A DNA stretch of 64,000 nucleotides from Takakia lepidozioides (taxonomy: Eukaryota; Plantae; Bryophyta). Location of the stretch: NCBI GenBank assembly GCA_030704615.1, contig CM060732.1, positions 49,228,001 through 49,292,000 of the forward strand, read 5' to 3'. Shown here in pieces: positions 24,308-37,383 of the stretch. The notes below the pieces were generated by a model. That model was not told where the DNA came from. It saw only the letters and a list, made by a program, of their open reading frames with translations, and made no database searches. How positions within the stretch are numbered: the stretch's first letter is position 1; each line of letters begins with the position of its first letter. A program made the position numbers and the translations under genes.

Positions 24308-24787
24308 TTAAGACATTGACAAAGTTGGAGAAGAAATTTATCTTAGAAAAACTGCTAGACAAAAGGAATCATTTCAAATCCCGAGACTACGGTTCGAAAA
24401 TATCATCAATATTGTTTTATCCTTTCAATTTGTCCATTGTTTTTAATGGGATGGATGTCTTTTTGTTAGAACAAGGAAAAGATCATGGACATACAACAGA
24501 GGGGAATATTTTCAGAATGATCAAGCTATGCTTGGCTTTGTTTCTCCATATTTTTAATCTTGAGCGTGGTCCATGTGATCCTAGTGATTATCATCTATTT
24601 TGTCTGAATCTGTCTGAAAAATAGCAAACCAATCACAATGTTACAGTAGAACAACAAGAAAGCGCCACCTAACATAGTTAAAAATAGATCTAGTCTGAAA
24701 TGAAGTAATAATAAATATTCTAAATAAAATTTATTGTCCTATATGACTTCAAAGCATAAAACATTGCGACATGGCCACCTAAGTTAA

Positions 24788-24942
24788 AGCATCCCCACCC
24801 TTCTCACTAAAATGGCCCCTCTATGGCTATTTTGAAGGGGTTGGTTCACGACTCTCGAAATGTGTGTGAAGGGGGCGGTTGTTCGTAGCCACACCATTGT
24901 TCCTCATTATGCCCCTATATCATATGTTCCCGCCTTGCTGGA
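24788..24942 (+). mobile_element. Partial Tourist-like MITE (left end of the 611-1069 family)
   Basis: Clear similarity to 611-765. Confidence 0.75.
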
Positions 24943-25039
24943 GTTCCCAATGACGTTCTCATATGCTCCTCGAGTTCAAGCCTCTTGTTTGTAAGATGTG
25001 GAAGGATTTGGTAGACAATCCAATTGCTAAGAATAACTT

Positions 25040-25460
25040 TGGCCAACGCTTGTGGGAGTGCAGCAGCCCTAGAAACGAGTGTAATGGTCCATGGTGACAT
25101 CGTCAAAGTTAAAATTGTAAGGTATGTCATTCTCAACCCTGCCCTAGTGGCCAACAATGCGTGTGTAGGCTTGGCAACCCTGAAAATAGGCAAAGCGGTC
25201 CACGGTAACATGTTCAAAGCTGAAATTGTACTATTTGTTGACCATTCTAAACATTGTCTTAGGGCCAGCAATGTGTGTGCGAGCCTGGCAGCCCTAGAAA
25301 TAGGCAAAGTGCTCCATGGTGACATCGTCAAAGCTGGATTTGTACTAGATGACATTTTGAACACTGCCTTGGTGGACAGCCAATGCTTGTGAGAGTGCGG
25401 CAGCCCTGTAAACGAGCGCAGAGGTCCATGGTGACATTGTTAAAGTTGGAATTATACCAA
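25040..25460 (+). pseudogene. Degenerate PLS-class PPR fragment, four ~110-bp tandem units
   Basis: Repeated NAC..LAALE.GK.VHGDIVKAG....IL.TALVD motif with frameshift and stop. Confidence 0.7.
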
Positions 25461-25464
25461 ATGG

Positions 25465-26250
25465 GAAGTTGCTAGATTTGCAGTTGTTGTTGGGTATATA
25501 TTGTTCGATGCCCCTTCTTGAGCTCGCTCACTTGGTAATCAAGCTTGCACAGAGCCAAGATATATATGTTTGTGACTTTGTGGGGCGATCTACCTTTGCC
25601 ACACCAAGTTGCATGAGTTTTATTTGTCCTCATAAAAGAAATTTCAAGATCAGACTTTAAGGACATACCGTAGCCTTGTGGCAAGCCGTTATGAGGCTTT
25701 GCCAATCATTTTTCAGTGGTGTGATGTTGCAAATGCCAATGCTTGTGCTATTGTATTCAATGGCAGATTTGCCTTGATACATTGGACGAACCCTTTGATC
25801 AGCATGCTTGAGCCTGTAACACATGAGACCTTCACTAGAGTCAGACTGTCAGTTGAGCGTCAGTGTTTAGAGGTAGCCGAGAAATTGTCTATGGAGTTGG
25901 ATCGGCGTTTCCCTAATCAGGAAGTGATGAATGCTTTGGGGGTTGTGTATCCAAGGTATTGGGTTGATGAGGATGATGAAAGGCCTTTTTGCATGTCATT
26001 TGGAAGTGATCAAGTCATTCTATTGTGTGGATAAAAAGCTTGGGAATATGATGGTTCCAGCTCCACTTAACATCATGAAGCTTGATTTGATTCAACTTCT
26101 GGGCTCAGTCGAAGATGAACGGATCTTCAACATAGTGACGTTCGAAGGACAAGGTCCAGAACCGCTTGACAGATCACCTTGATCTTACTTTGAGGATGTT
26201 CTCACATGATTTCTATACCATAGATTATTTCCTTCATACCCAAGTCATTT
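25465..26250 (+). mobile_element. Decayed hAT (ZNF862-like) transposase C-terminal fragment
   Basis: Motifs MPLLE.AH.VIKLAQSQDIYVCDFV, ELDRRFPNQEVMNALGVVYPRYW and GSVEDERIF (hAT dimerisation domain), split across frames. Confidence 0.7.
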
Positions 26251-28895
26251 TCGCGTGGATGAGCAAGAAGAAGTGTCGTTATACAGTAGTATCTTAGGCA
26301 ATATGGAGTGGTGGCAGTGTTTCGTTGATCTGATATTTTGCTATAGTCACCCTCTTTTGCTTGGAAATGTGATGGGCCAAGCAGCCACCCATGATACATG
26401 GCCCCTACTCTTTCCTAAATCTTTGGCTTCCTTGCACACATGTGAAGCTTGATACAAGCATCTGGTTTCCTTGCCTTCATTGGCGTGCACACCATATCCG
26501 CTCCCTGGCCATATAATTTGTAATGAATGTTTACATATCTGACGTGTGTGTGTGTGTGTGTTTTCTTAGGAGACTTGTGTTGCAGCTCGTCAAGGTCTAT
26601 GAAGTGGAGGTTCAACCCCTCCGGAAAATCATATCTTATCATTTTTATGTATACTTTTGTTTGTTGGTTTGTTGCTCAAATGCCAGCGCCTTCTTCATGC
26701 ATAATCGCCATTTCATCTAAGGTTGCAATTCTGCAGTAGCCAGAAAAACTCATCATAGAGATTGTCCAATATTTGTTTGGCCAAAATTAATGAAGGATTA
26801 TGGATTGATAAATATAACCAACATTATGGCAAATAGATGCACTATTCTATGGTTTTTGAAAAATGATTGGCAGGATGTCCTTACAAAACTTGCAACTATT
26901 GCAAGTCAAAGTTTGTTTGTGTAGCATTGACAATTTTGTATCAATATGATCAATTGTTTATAAAATTTATATATTGTCCATACTGCACAATCAATTATGG
27001 TTTGGGCGTACAGATAATTGGTCATCCAACTCACAACTATGATATTGCTCATTGATGACAATGGAAACTTTAGCCAAAACACTCTATTCTAAAACAAATG
27101 TCTCAAATCCGACATCTCAACAATAAAAATAAGAATAAAACAAAATATAAACATATGCGAATTGGTGTAGCCGAGATGTCTAAGGTGACACGATAGACTT
27201 CCAAAATATTATTATCGGATAAAATATTATATATATATATATAACTTAGGTTCCATGATGGTATATGATGGATCTCTTAATTATTAGTCGATATGAAGAC
27301 CTTTGAGAAGCAGGTATCAATGACTACAACCAATTACCCCATAGATTATATTGATTTTCCACTTGGGTTGGACGTTCATACATGGGATGAACTTTTGGCG
27401 AATATGTGCATGAATGAATATAACCGGCTAGGTACATTACAATCGGGTTACATGTCTTAATTATATGTTCCGACCAACATTAGTCTCAATCATAGTTGTA
27501 TATGTTTTGTCTTTTGTAAATATCTGCATAATTCTAGATATGGATAAGATATAAAACCTTGACAATCTCGATTAAACTGATTGAGAGATCAATCAAACAT
27601 GTGTAATGTGTAAAACGTCTTGTTGAAAGTTTAAATAATTAGAAAATATAAACTATTTATTGAGAGTATGTGATATGTAGTCATTGGAAGATTCATAATT
27701 AAAACATGTTTCAATTGTTTTTCTTCCGCATATTTTAATATATAAAATATATTGTGACTCTTGTCTCAAACTCATTGTAAGTTAATTATATTGACACCAT
27801 AATATATTTTTAGATTATCCACTTATGGGTATTGGCTAGTTATTTAAATTCTTAAGTCTTTGGTCGGTTTTAATTGATAATCAGAGAATTTGTCACAAAA
27901 TCCCATGCCCTAGCAATTCCAAAAATATATCCGCAATTTATGTCACGAGAATGAATGTGTTCATCCTTATTAGATATGTAAAGATATATAACGGTAGATA
28001 TCCTTAATAAGGGGTGAACTGTTGGGTTCAGATGTGAGTGGAAGAGGAAAGAGACTTAAGAGATCTTGATGGCCACTAGGAGACACATAGGTTGATTTTG
28101 CTAGTCAAAGTGAGAGCTATAAGTATTGATGAAGAGTAATAGCCAGGGAGATACAATTGATTTAGAAGATGAGCTCTAGACTAGGAAATGTCAAAGTAAC
28201 GCGAAGATAAAGTATACACATAGACAAAGACCCAACAACTTATGTAATTTGTCTTCTTATCAATAAATGTATTCAATGCCTGAAAGCATATACTTTAATA
28301 TTAATTAGAATAGTATGAGTAGTTTTATTCCACCGCATGAGAGCAAGATATAAGGGATATCAAGACGTTTATAAGCAATGCATGGGAAAGCTTGTAGTTT
28401 AGTAGCCGGCTTGATTGGGGTGAAGTAGACGTGCTAGCACATCTTTATTGAAGGCTTGCCAGCAGACATGAGACATATGAGGTTTATCCAAAATCTAGAC
28501 CAATTTGAAATTGGGTGCGAGTAAGAAGAGAGCCTTGGAGATGCACAATACAGTCTGGCGCGTAGAGGAAGCATAGCAATCAGAGGACGACATCCGTCAG
28601 ACCCGTCGAGAGCATGCAATTAGAGGCTTCATGTAGAGCTCTTGGACCAAAGAGAAGAAAATCTTTGGCATTTCTTAAGGGAGTGAGGGATTTTCAAATT
28701 GCGGTGAGGACATATGAAGCTAACCTGGGGATTTGTCCGGAGTTATTGCAACATTTTTGTGAATTGACTGATTTGATAGTAACTACAATAAGATGCCACA
28801 AATAGCATGACCTTTTGTGTAAATTCCCACTACCTTCTTATTAAATCTTTCATGTCGGACTTTGTCGAAGACTTTTGAGGTAGAGTCGGAGGGAG

Positions 28896-29573
28896 ATGGC
28901 CCAGGCGGAGAGAAGAGCACGCATGTATATGAAAGAGACACCGTGGAGTAAGTATGAACGCATGAAGGATTTGGCAATGCACCGGGAGCGCATACGGAGG
29001 ATGAAGCCGAGCATTGACTGTAGCCCTCCCCATTTAAATGACCGATCAAATAGATACCAAAAAGAGGCAGATATGCAAGAAGCTCTGGGTGGCGGATCAA
29101 ACTATATTGGCAAGTACAAATCATCCCCAAAACAGTTGACTGATGGGAGGCCGTGGAGAAAATTTAGCTTCAACGGTAAATCAGATCCTGCCCCGTTTTC
29201 AACTTTGAAATTGACTCCAAGAGGAGATAAGCTACGAGTAATTGAACAGCACAACTTAGAGTTGTTCAGGAGGCTGCGAAAGATTCATAAGTATCACACT
29301 TGCTATAAGCCTAGACATAAAAATTATCACAACCGAGGAGAGGCACCCTATGGAATGAAGAAACGCATACCTTCAGCCTTAAGAAAGCTGCCTCGAGTCC
29401 GAAGAAGGAAACCAACGCCAAAGAAAGTTCCTGAGATGGGCTTGGCTTCCCTTCCCGCCTTTGGCAAATCAAAAGAAGAGAAAAAGTCACCTCTTGAAGC
29501 CCCACCTGAACATCTTGCCCCACCTGAAAAATCCAAAGCAAGAAAGAAAGACCCTGACGTCCGAAATATCTAG
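28896..29573 (+). CDS. CFAP97/Hemingway (KIAA1430-domain)-like cilia/flagella-associated protein, intronless, 225 aa
   Basis: Clean ATG-to-TAG ORF. HRERIRRMKPSIDCSPP and IEQHNLELFRRLRKI match the two conserved blocks of the KIAA1430/CFAP97 domain. Basic low-complexity tail. Confidence 0.75.
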   Translation: MAQAERRARMYMKETPWSKYERMKDLAMHRERIRRMKPSIDCSPPHLNDRSNRYQKEADMQEALGGGSNYIGKYKSSPKQLTDGRPWRKFSFNGKSDPAPFSTLKLTPRGDKLRVIEQHNLELFRRLRKIHKYHTCYKPRHKNYHNRGEAPYGMKKRIPSALRKLPRVRRRKPTPKKVPEMGLASLPAFGKSKEEKKSPLEAPPEHLAPPEKSKARKKDPDVRNI

Positions 29574-30647
29574 TAAGGGATGGACATGTTCATTCTTGTG
29601 ACAATCTACAAGTTTATAAGATTAAGTTTCTCTTACAACTACGTCAATGTCTTAAATACATAAAATCAAGGCCACAACTTACGTACAAGCCTGTTCCCAA
29701 ACCAATCAAACATCATGAAGCCTACAAGATTAGTTTATAATCATAAAACCCGTCAACTTATCTATTTTTACAAGTTCATATTACAAACATGACTACTTTC
29801 AGTTAGACAACAAATGGTTGAATTTATTAACTAACCTATGAAAAGAAATGAGTATATAACCTCATTAAAAAAAAAAATCAGTTATAATCATTTGAGTGGA
29901 GTAATATCATAAATTACACTTCTTTTGACATGACTCAATCTGCTTATATCTTTCTTCTGCAGAGACATTGGAGGAACAAAGTTATAATATTATCAACATC
30001 AAACATGTATTGGTGGAAACAAACTTATGAAGAAGTACTTTTAAAATCCCAACTTAGAATATTGTTATGTACATGCATTGATAAGGGAGAACCATTTTAT
30101 CGTGGGTGTTTTATTAAAAGTTTGTATATATGTCATATTATTTGGTTGTATCGTGTGATGTGGATGTCATGTATGGTGGGATGTGGGGACTCAAGAGATG
30201 TGGCTACTGTAAGTGCCACGGGCTGGTTGGGTAGATAGGCAGAGTGGGCAGGACGTAGGCGAGGGATAGAGGTAAGGCGAAAAGATGTGTTTCTGTTGGT
30301 TGTCTATGTCTTGTGCATACCAAAATTGGATCCTATCTAATTTGGGCATTTGGAACAATTTTGATTTCCAAAAATGGATAGGTAGTTTGTGGGCCAAGAC
30401 ATTTGATTATGCCGATGTTGTATGTGGTCACAAGGCTTTCAGCTTGTTTGTAGCTTCTTTCTATAATTGTCTTTTATGATTGCAAATGGGATAGGAGGGG
30501 ATTTGTTGAGAATCCTGGAAGACAAACCATAATCATGGGTAATATGTATCAGCAATGTGGATGGGGGCATTGGGTAGATCTAGAATTGGAAGGTTCGCTA
30601 CGCCTTCTTGTGTAAGAAGGTCAACTAGTTCGTTGCCTGAGATGCCA

Positions 30648-31235
30648 AATTTTGAGAAAGTGGGTGTGTCCCTTAATGATTTTTTTTTCTTTTCAAGGAT
30701 GGTTTGGATGATGAATTTGTCCGGGTGTCGATCATTATTTAGAGAAGCTTAGGCCCCACATGGAACATAGCGGATCTGATTTTGAAGACCTTTTGAGCAT
30801 GGTTGCTTGTAAATTGCTTACTTGCTTGGACGTCATTGCAAGGATGATATTTTGGCTACACATATTATGTACATAATCAACGACTTAATCTGTCAGATAT
30901 ATTGCTAGAACACCTTAGGTCCAAGATACCTGTGTAGCAACAAATTTTGAGGAAGTCGGTGTGTCCCTTCAATGAAAAATGTTTTTTCAAGGATGGCTTG
31001 GATGATGAATTTGTCCCGGTGACAAACACTATTTGGAGCAGCTTAGGCCCCACATGGAATATAGCATATCTTGATTATGAAGACATTCTGAACTGCCTTG
31101 TTGGTCATGACCAGATGCCCCACGTGCTTGGATGTCCTTGTGAGGATGATCTTTTGGCTACACATGTTATGTAAATAACCAACAAATTAATTGGTCATGT
31201 ATATTGGTAGAATACCTTATGCCCCGACCAATACT
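30648..31235. repeat. Diverged ~295-bp tandem duplication
   Basis: 30648-30930 and 30942-31230 share aaattttgag..gtgtgtccctt..caaggatgg.ttggatgatgaatttgtcc..gcttaggccccacatggaa. Confidence 0.8.
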
Positions 31236-31559
31236 GGTCCCAATCACAATTGTGTAGACATATTATTTTTTATTAATACCCACATACTTTCAGTTGGTCC
31301 CAAATATTGGTTTGATGGGAGTTATGGGTTTTAAGTGTTGACTGATATATTCAAACATGTGTTTTATGTGAAGTATATTGTTAAAAGTTTATTAATTCCA
31401 CAATTTTTTTAAATAATAATATCTATTGTCCATATTGGGAGTAGATGATATTTAGTCTAGGATAATAATTCATGCATAGTTCTATTATGTATTTGTTTTA
31501 TATATATAAGACCTAAGATAGTCCAGATATATTGATAATGATGAAAAAATAACCGCACA

Positions 31560-32400
31560 TGACAAGCCATGGAGGCTGAGAAAGGGGACACCGCCCTATA
31601 ACCAAAAAAACCAGACGCTAGCTCAAGCCGCCCAAGCCGAAGGGGAGGAAACCTAGGGCAAAGCCGACCCCTCCTAGGGGTTCGGGGGGCACATGCACGT
31701 GGGGATCTCAAGCTGAGACTACAAGAAAGGAAAAAAGAACTGGAGCTAAAATTCAAAGATTGCTCCTCTTGCGCTTTGGAAAGTCGAAGGAGAGATGAGC
31801 TTTTGATTTCCCCCCGCAGAGGCTCCGACAATGCCTCCAATTGGCATCAGATTCTTCATCATCGGTGGGGGAAGGGCAAGCGCTAACAAAGGTTCCAGCC
31901 AGCTTGGAGTTTGTTGTTCCACTTAACAATGGAATCAGAGGATATGGAGCAGAGTTTGCCGCCCTTAGCCTAGGTGTTGTCAAAAGCAGTGAGTAGTTGC
32001 AGTCTCCTCTTTTTTGAGCATATGGGAACAGCTGCACAGAGCACAGACCGAGGACAGAAGGTCCGAGTGAATTCTATGCAAATAACCCTAGCATAGGGAA
32101 CACCTTGATAGCCAGATATTCCAATAAAGTGTGAGCACAAAGGTTTGCCCACATAGGGTAGCGGCTCCAAGGCAAAACATTTAGTAACAAGATAGAAGGA
32201 AGTGTGGAGCAGCTGGAATTCTAGGCAGAGTATAATAGAAGAACCATCCTCCAAACAAAGGATGGAGCTGTGCAAAGGAGAAGACAATGTTCAATCATTT
32301 TAGGTGAGCTGGTTTGACAGCATGAGCAAGCCCCCAAGTTTTCTGAGATGAACTGCGCGCATCCATGGGTCTTGTATTTCGGTTAACACATTAAAAGACT
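31560..32400 (-). mobile_element. Probable decayed L1-type LINE ORF1/5' fragment
   Basis: Broken ORFs with DUF4283/zinc-knuckle-like pieces (GVPYARVIC...). Weak similarity only. Confidence 0.3.
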
Positions 32401-32877
32401 AGAGGGTGGCAAGAAACCGGTGGGTACTTTTTGCATTGGATGTTATTTTTTGTGGTCTGTAGTTCAAATCTCCAATGGTGTGGTGGTGCGTTGGATTGAG
32501 ATTAAAAAATAAACAAAATACTATAAATGTTTTCATTTCCAAAAGTCCTAGAAGTGGGTACTCAAGGATCCTGCTTCCCTCCTCCCCCCAACCCCTTTCA
32601 GCAAAGTTATATGAGCGGGAGCAGGGGAGGGGGAGAAGGAAGGCTGGGAGGGTAGCAGGACAATGGTGGGGATTTGGCAACCAGTCTCACACGCGCAATA
32701 CACTCCCATAAGATGTCTACAGTAAACCCAATTTGTTCAAAGATTGGTTGAACACATCAAATTAGGCAAAAACAACTTAATTGTTTTAAAAAAATAAATA
32801 AATAAAATGGAAATACCTAGGAGCGACAGCTCACAAATCAAGCCCCTTAATTATAGTGAAAGGAAAAAATAACCTCT

Positions 32878-33026
32878 TTCATAGTAACCTCACCGTGAAG
32901 GCTTTTACATGGGACACAGCCCAACGGAAGGGGGAGAAGAACATACCACACCCGTCAAAGTAGCAGGATTTGACCCCAAAATCATCTGGGTGGCACTTAG
33001 TGCACTCTCCAATTGAGCTACTGACT
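32878..33026 (-). mobile_element. tRNA-derived SINE, copy 1
   Basis: A box GTAGCTCAATTGG, B-box-like GGTCAAATCC, body shared with 60010-60183. Confidence 0.65.
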
Positions 33027-33055
33027 ATTGTTGTTGGGTTAAAATTGTCATCTAA

Positions 33056-33325
33056 GAGCATCCTCACTCTACACCTCTATGGACCCCTGCACCCGTACTT
33101 TTCGTATACAAGTTCAAATTTCCCTCCAAACGTACCATACCCTAATTTCTAACCCTAAACCTTGCTACCGTATATGTCGTAAAGGGCGGACCTTGAACCC
33201 CTTCTCCTTCGCTATATCCGTGCACGATATACAGTGATCTGAACTTGTCCTACAACCGAGTCGTCCCGACCATGGATATGTCAGAGCAAGCCTCCCAGCC
33301 TCTCATTTCCAATCCAGCTGTAGTG
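33056..33325 (-). mobile_element. Partial Tourist-like MITE (right half of the 611-1069 family, inverted)
   Basis: Matches the reverse complement of about 810-1069. Starts TAA|GAGCATCC. Confidence 0.75.
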
Positions 33326-33363
33326 CTTTCAAAACCAAGGAAGGGCAAGAACTTTAGCACTGA

Positions 33364-34070
33364 CACTACAACAAAACTTGGCTTTTACGTCTGCTATTTT
33401 CCAGTCGTATCAGCCTTTTATGACTGCATAACTGCCCAGTCAGATACATCTAGTCAGTTGTGACAAATGAGTTGTAAGCGCCATAGAGTCGTATTTGCCA
33501 GTCGTGGTGCTCACTGTTGGCATGGCAACGGGGACGCCTAATCATAGTCATTGATAAGACCGCAGTAGATGACTGCGAATCCATGTCAGCTTCATGTGGA
33601 ACGAAAGAGATATGTCACGTGTCACGACAAAGGGAAGGCGACAGGGTTTTCACGACTGGCATATATGACTTCCGCGGATTAACCCTGGGACAACACGTGC
33701 AGAATACCGGGCATGACACGTGGCATGACAGGGTGTGGAGAGGGGGTCTTCCAAGACTGGCATGTATGACTTCCGCCGATAACCCCAGGACCACACGTGG
33801 AGGAATATGGAACATGACACGTGGCATGACGTGGGAGGGTCTTTCGTGACTAGTATGTATGACTTCGGACGTTTAAGCCCAGGTCCATACGTGGAGTCAA
33901 ATTATGCAAGATGGGGGTGGTCGTTATGACTGGAACATATGACTTCCATGGCGCACTCTGGATACTGCACGTGGCACGAGACTCAGTATGGACGAACACG
34001 AGGGGTGAAAGTGGCACATGGCGGAGGCTCTGTGGATGGGGAGTAGTCGTGTACATGACCGTAGTCATGG
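33364..34070. mobile_element. CACTA/EnSpm terminus with subterminal repeats
   Basis: CACTACAACAAAA terminus, many ATGACT/AGTCAT motifs and about four ~95-bp tandem units (gactggcat.tatgacttcc). Opposite end not found. Confidence 0.7.
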
Positions 34071-34489
34071 GCTTGACTCTAGCAGCATTGAAACATGAAA
34101 TAACATTTGAAATTGGAACATCGATTCAAATACAACATGACTTAATGTTCAGAGATCCATTCCATAATCTAATCCGGTGCTACTACAAAAATGTACAAAG
34201 TCTTATCCTAGCAAAATGTACAAATGTACTAAGTAGATTTCCAAATGCCTGAGTAGAAGATGCATACACTGACTTGGCCGGACTTGGTCACCCACCTTAA
34301 ATTGCCATCCAGCCCGAAAATGGCAGAAGATACATGAGCAAGCTTTGAGGCAATATCATAGCAACAACAACATTGACATATGTGAAACAAACTAACATCG
34401 ATAAGAATGTATCTAAGCACCATTACACAAACTAGTAAGAGAAAAAAAAAAATAGAAGGGTTGAGAGAGCCGCCATGGCTGTGAAGTAT

Positions 34490-34600
34490 CCGTATGCTGC
34501 AACGTGATGTGGTTGGGCTTCACCCCTTTCCCCATCAATATTTGATCATACCTATCTCCAAAGCCTCCATACCATGTCCATGTTGTGCATACCCTGCAAG
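34490..34600 (-). pseudogene. PPR motif fragment
   Basis: AGYAQHGHGMEALEI ... VKPNHIT, frameshifted. Confidence 0.65.
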
Positions 34601-35199
34601 CTGACCTAACGCTTGGCAATCTGGCCCACTAATAGGTCACCTTTCTTTGAGTATGCAACCACCTACAAAACGCAACAAACGGCACATCAAAGAGAAGTCA
34701 GACTCATCTTGTGATTCAGATTGTTTGATTGAGCTATGGGCTGGGATCACCGATCATTCAATGGTCTAAAAACTACATGGGTTGTTGTCAATGTTAAGCA
34801 AATATCCTAGGTGTCTTGCATCCCCATGAAAAGGAAATCTATAAGAACTACAAGATATATATTATCCTAGATTAAGATATATATATCAGACAGAACTGGA
34901 GTTGATGTCAGTCACTAGAGATAAAATCGTTCTTTCAAATTCAGCAAAAGAACCCAAAGGATCCAGGGACACAAGAACTACAGGGAAAAATGTACACCCT
35001 TGGAGATGTATTCATGAGTTGTTGTTTGTCGTAGTCTTGTGGGAACAAGATAGATCGGACACTACCTTAGGCTCACTAGACTTACCTTGGTATAAGCAAT
35101 TGGTTCGGGCTTTTCAGATTTCCCCTAGAAATCCCTTCATACAAGCATCAATTTGCTTTCAACAATTTGACCCTAACATGGCCAGGGCTTTATGCTAAG

Positions 35200-35470
35200 T
35201 AGGTTCGAGATTGTGAAAGTTGGTGAACAGAGGAGTAGGGAGGGAGCAAGGACTATGTTCTTGATGGTCCAGAAGAGGGCTACTCTCTCATGATAATACC
35301 CTGGACACTGTATCAGAAAATGGATATTGTCTTCAGGCCACCCACACATGGGCCCTTGACCCATCTCCACAAAGGTAGACTCCATGTTGAGTTTAACTTT
35401 CAGTCTAATGCCGATGGCAGATAGGCCCCGAAGGTCCTCACCCATTTCACAAACTGCAGGGAGGTTGTAT
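35200..35470 (-). mobile_element. RTEX-like LINE C-terminal zinc-finger fragment (different subfamily)
   Basis: PMCGWPEDNIHFLIQCPGYYHER motif. Confidence 0.5.
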
Positions 35471-35537
35471 GCCTAACTTCGTTTTGGCACTAAAGAGATA
35501 AAATAAAATGGTACTGTATAACGGCCGGGGAAGAGAG

Positions 35538-35615
35538 TACCGAAGGTGTGGTTTGATAACCCTCAGCATTGGTAATAATGGTGGGCTGCCCTCCCTCCAT
35601 AGCAGCTACTGCTGA
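35538..35615 (-). pseudogene. Plastid-type Hsp70/DnaK N-terminal fragment
   Basis: [26 protein letters not shown] matches the stromal Hsp70 signature [26 protein letters not shown]. Only about 26 codons present. Confidence 0.8.
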
Positions 35616-35779
35616 GTGGAATGGATGATGGAGGTGAGAATGGAAAGACACTGCTGGGTGGTTGGTAGGCGGCACCCCCGGGACGATGCTCTGCAGATGC
35701 TGGTAGGGCTGGAATGTCGGGGTTTGAGCCTCGTGGATCTTCCATACAATAATATAGAATAATTGAAAGCGAGGTGAAG

Positions 35780-35905
35780 TTCATTGCAGGACTCACATGA
35801 GTATGAGTCCCCTCATAGGTGGTGATCACTAGGCCCTGGTCTTCACGCAACCGTTCAACCCGCTTTCGAACAGGGCACTTTGGGTTGGTGCACCTATAGT
35901 AGCTC
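35780..35905 (-). pseudogene. WRKY transcription-factor zinc-finger exon fragment (group IIc-like), lacking the WRKYGQK exon
   Basis: CAG acceptor then [19 protein letters not shown]...[11 protein letters not shown] (C-x4-C...HxH). No WRKYGQK exon seen upstream. Confidence 0.8.
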
Positions 35906-36396
35906 CTGCACATGCCAGTTGTCCATGTCGTGAGGTTTCATACTTCAACACAGGTGCAGCGATTGCAAATATGAGATCAAGAGAATGTTTCCCAACATAG
36001 CTACTTAGATCTTGCAAAGCCTTGAACATGGAGCATGAGGTGTCACAAGACTGAAGAAAATCTTCAGGCTCAGATCTGCAATGACTGTGACTTTAGCAGG
36101 CTTGCTACCTTGTTGAAGGCTCGTAGGAAAATCCACCTACTAGGAAACAGCTCTAGAAGGGTAGAGAGTAGTCATTATAAATCTCAAATAACAAAAAATC
36201 CACAAACACTTCATACAATGCCCAAAGTTACATCAAGCACTTGCCACTTTGCCTTCTCTTGCCTATCACCATTTTGAAGCGTTCCCAACCACACTTACAT
36301 CGGATGGAAGGAAAAAATATTTAAATACATCCTCAGCAGTGCCAGAAATAAATGTGCCAAGTTATTTCAAGCATCAGGATGAAGGTAAAGTGTCAC

Positions 36397-37383
36397 CTTG
36401 AAGGGCTTCCATCCCAACCAATTGACAATTTCCTGGATATGGTCAATGTACTCCCGCTTCTCTGCCTCAGGGTTGGTGTCGTCAAATTTGCACCAAAAGT
36501 TTAGCCATCAGCTAGAAAATGAATAGAATGTATCATACAGCTGTATCATGTTGCCAAGAACTTCATGTTGTCACCTTAAGTAGCAGTCTTCATCATTTTC
36601 TTTGGCAAGACCAAATCCACAAACATGGCTTGCACGATAGCCCCCCCCATACAAGCCAAATTCCCAAGGGCATGAACAAGTTATAAGATAGCCCAAAGTC
36701 CATTGGCAGAGAGGCACGCACACAAGAACGAGGCAAGCATGTACAAAAGTAAATAGCTTTAAAGAAGCTCTTGGTTCAATCTCTACCTGTTCGAATGCAC
36801 CGTGGCCGCTCTCACAGACCTATCTGACATTACCTGACTATAGATACGAGCATCACACACAAGAGGTCCTCTTGGGTTCATGGTCAGTCGAATCCTCCAT
36901 GGGTCAAGACACAAGGACGAGGACAACGTGGTGAGGGCACCTTCTTCTTTGACCTATTTTCTAAATTATTCCACAGTACAGTTTAGGCTATGATTCTGTC
37001 ACACAGGCGAAGAAACCCATGACGTTGGCGGGTTAAGTTTGATGTTGTCTGTGGTAATTGCAGGAAGTGAGTTCTGGAGTAGGTTTTGACCAGGTACCTT
37101 CATCTGTGCCAGCTCCAGAGGAGAGCAATCCTTATGCCATCTTCCCCAAGCCACATGACAACATTTGTCCATGAGTACAGGAACGAGGTAAAATGATGTG
37201 AAACTGTCAGTCATCTAGAGGATGGGTTACCTTGACATGGCCAATATGCAAGTAGTCTTTGGGCTCTGGAGGGAACCTAATGAGGACCCTGCCACCAATT
37301 TCCTTCATATGCATGTCTAGCTTTTCACGTGAGTTATGTGATCTCCAAATGGTGCCATCACTGAAGAAAATTTCAGTATATAC
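36397..37383 (-). pseudogene. Glutaminyl-tRNA synthetase gene fragment (3 exons, introns retained)
   Basis: 37383-37231 VYTEIFFSDG...RFPPEPKDYLHIGHVK (HIGH motif); 36629-36575 AMFVD(fs)GLAKE..CYLR; 36487-36397 FDDTNPEAEKREYIDHIQEIVNWLGWKPFK. One frameshift and two acceptors mutated CAG>CAA. Confidence 0.85.

Noticed and set aside
23200-29815. Inverted similarity between 23200-23320 and 29700-29815 as element termini
   Set aside because: Short, highly diverged and without TSD; more likely two old copies of a dispersed repeat.
30270-31180. Papain-like protease remnants
   Set aside because: Only vague resemblance to the NSWG motif and no catalytic QCGSCW region.
32950-33026. Functional tRNA gene
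   Set aside because: Cloverleaf degenerate and attached to a shared non-tRNA body; classed as a SINE.
24788-33325. One large element bounded by the two partial Tourist MITEs and carrying the CFAP97-like gene
   Set aside because: Both TIRs face the same direction, so they are independent truncated copies.
35563-35913. Functional WRKY gene
   Set aside because: No WRKYGQK exon upstream; the neighbouring exons are GlnRS and Hsp70 fragments.
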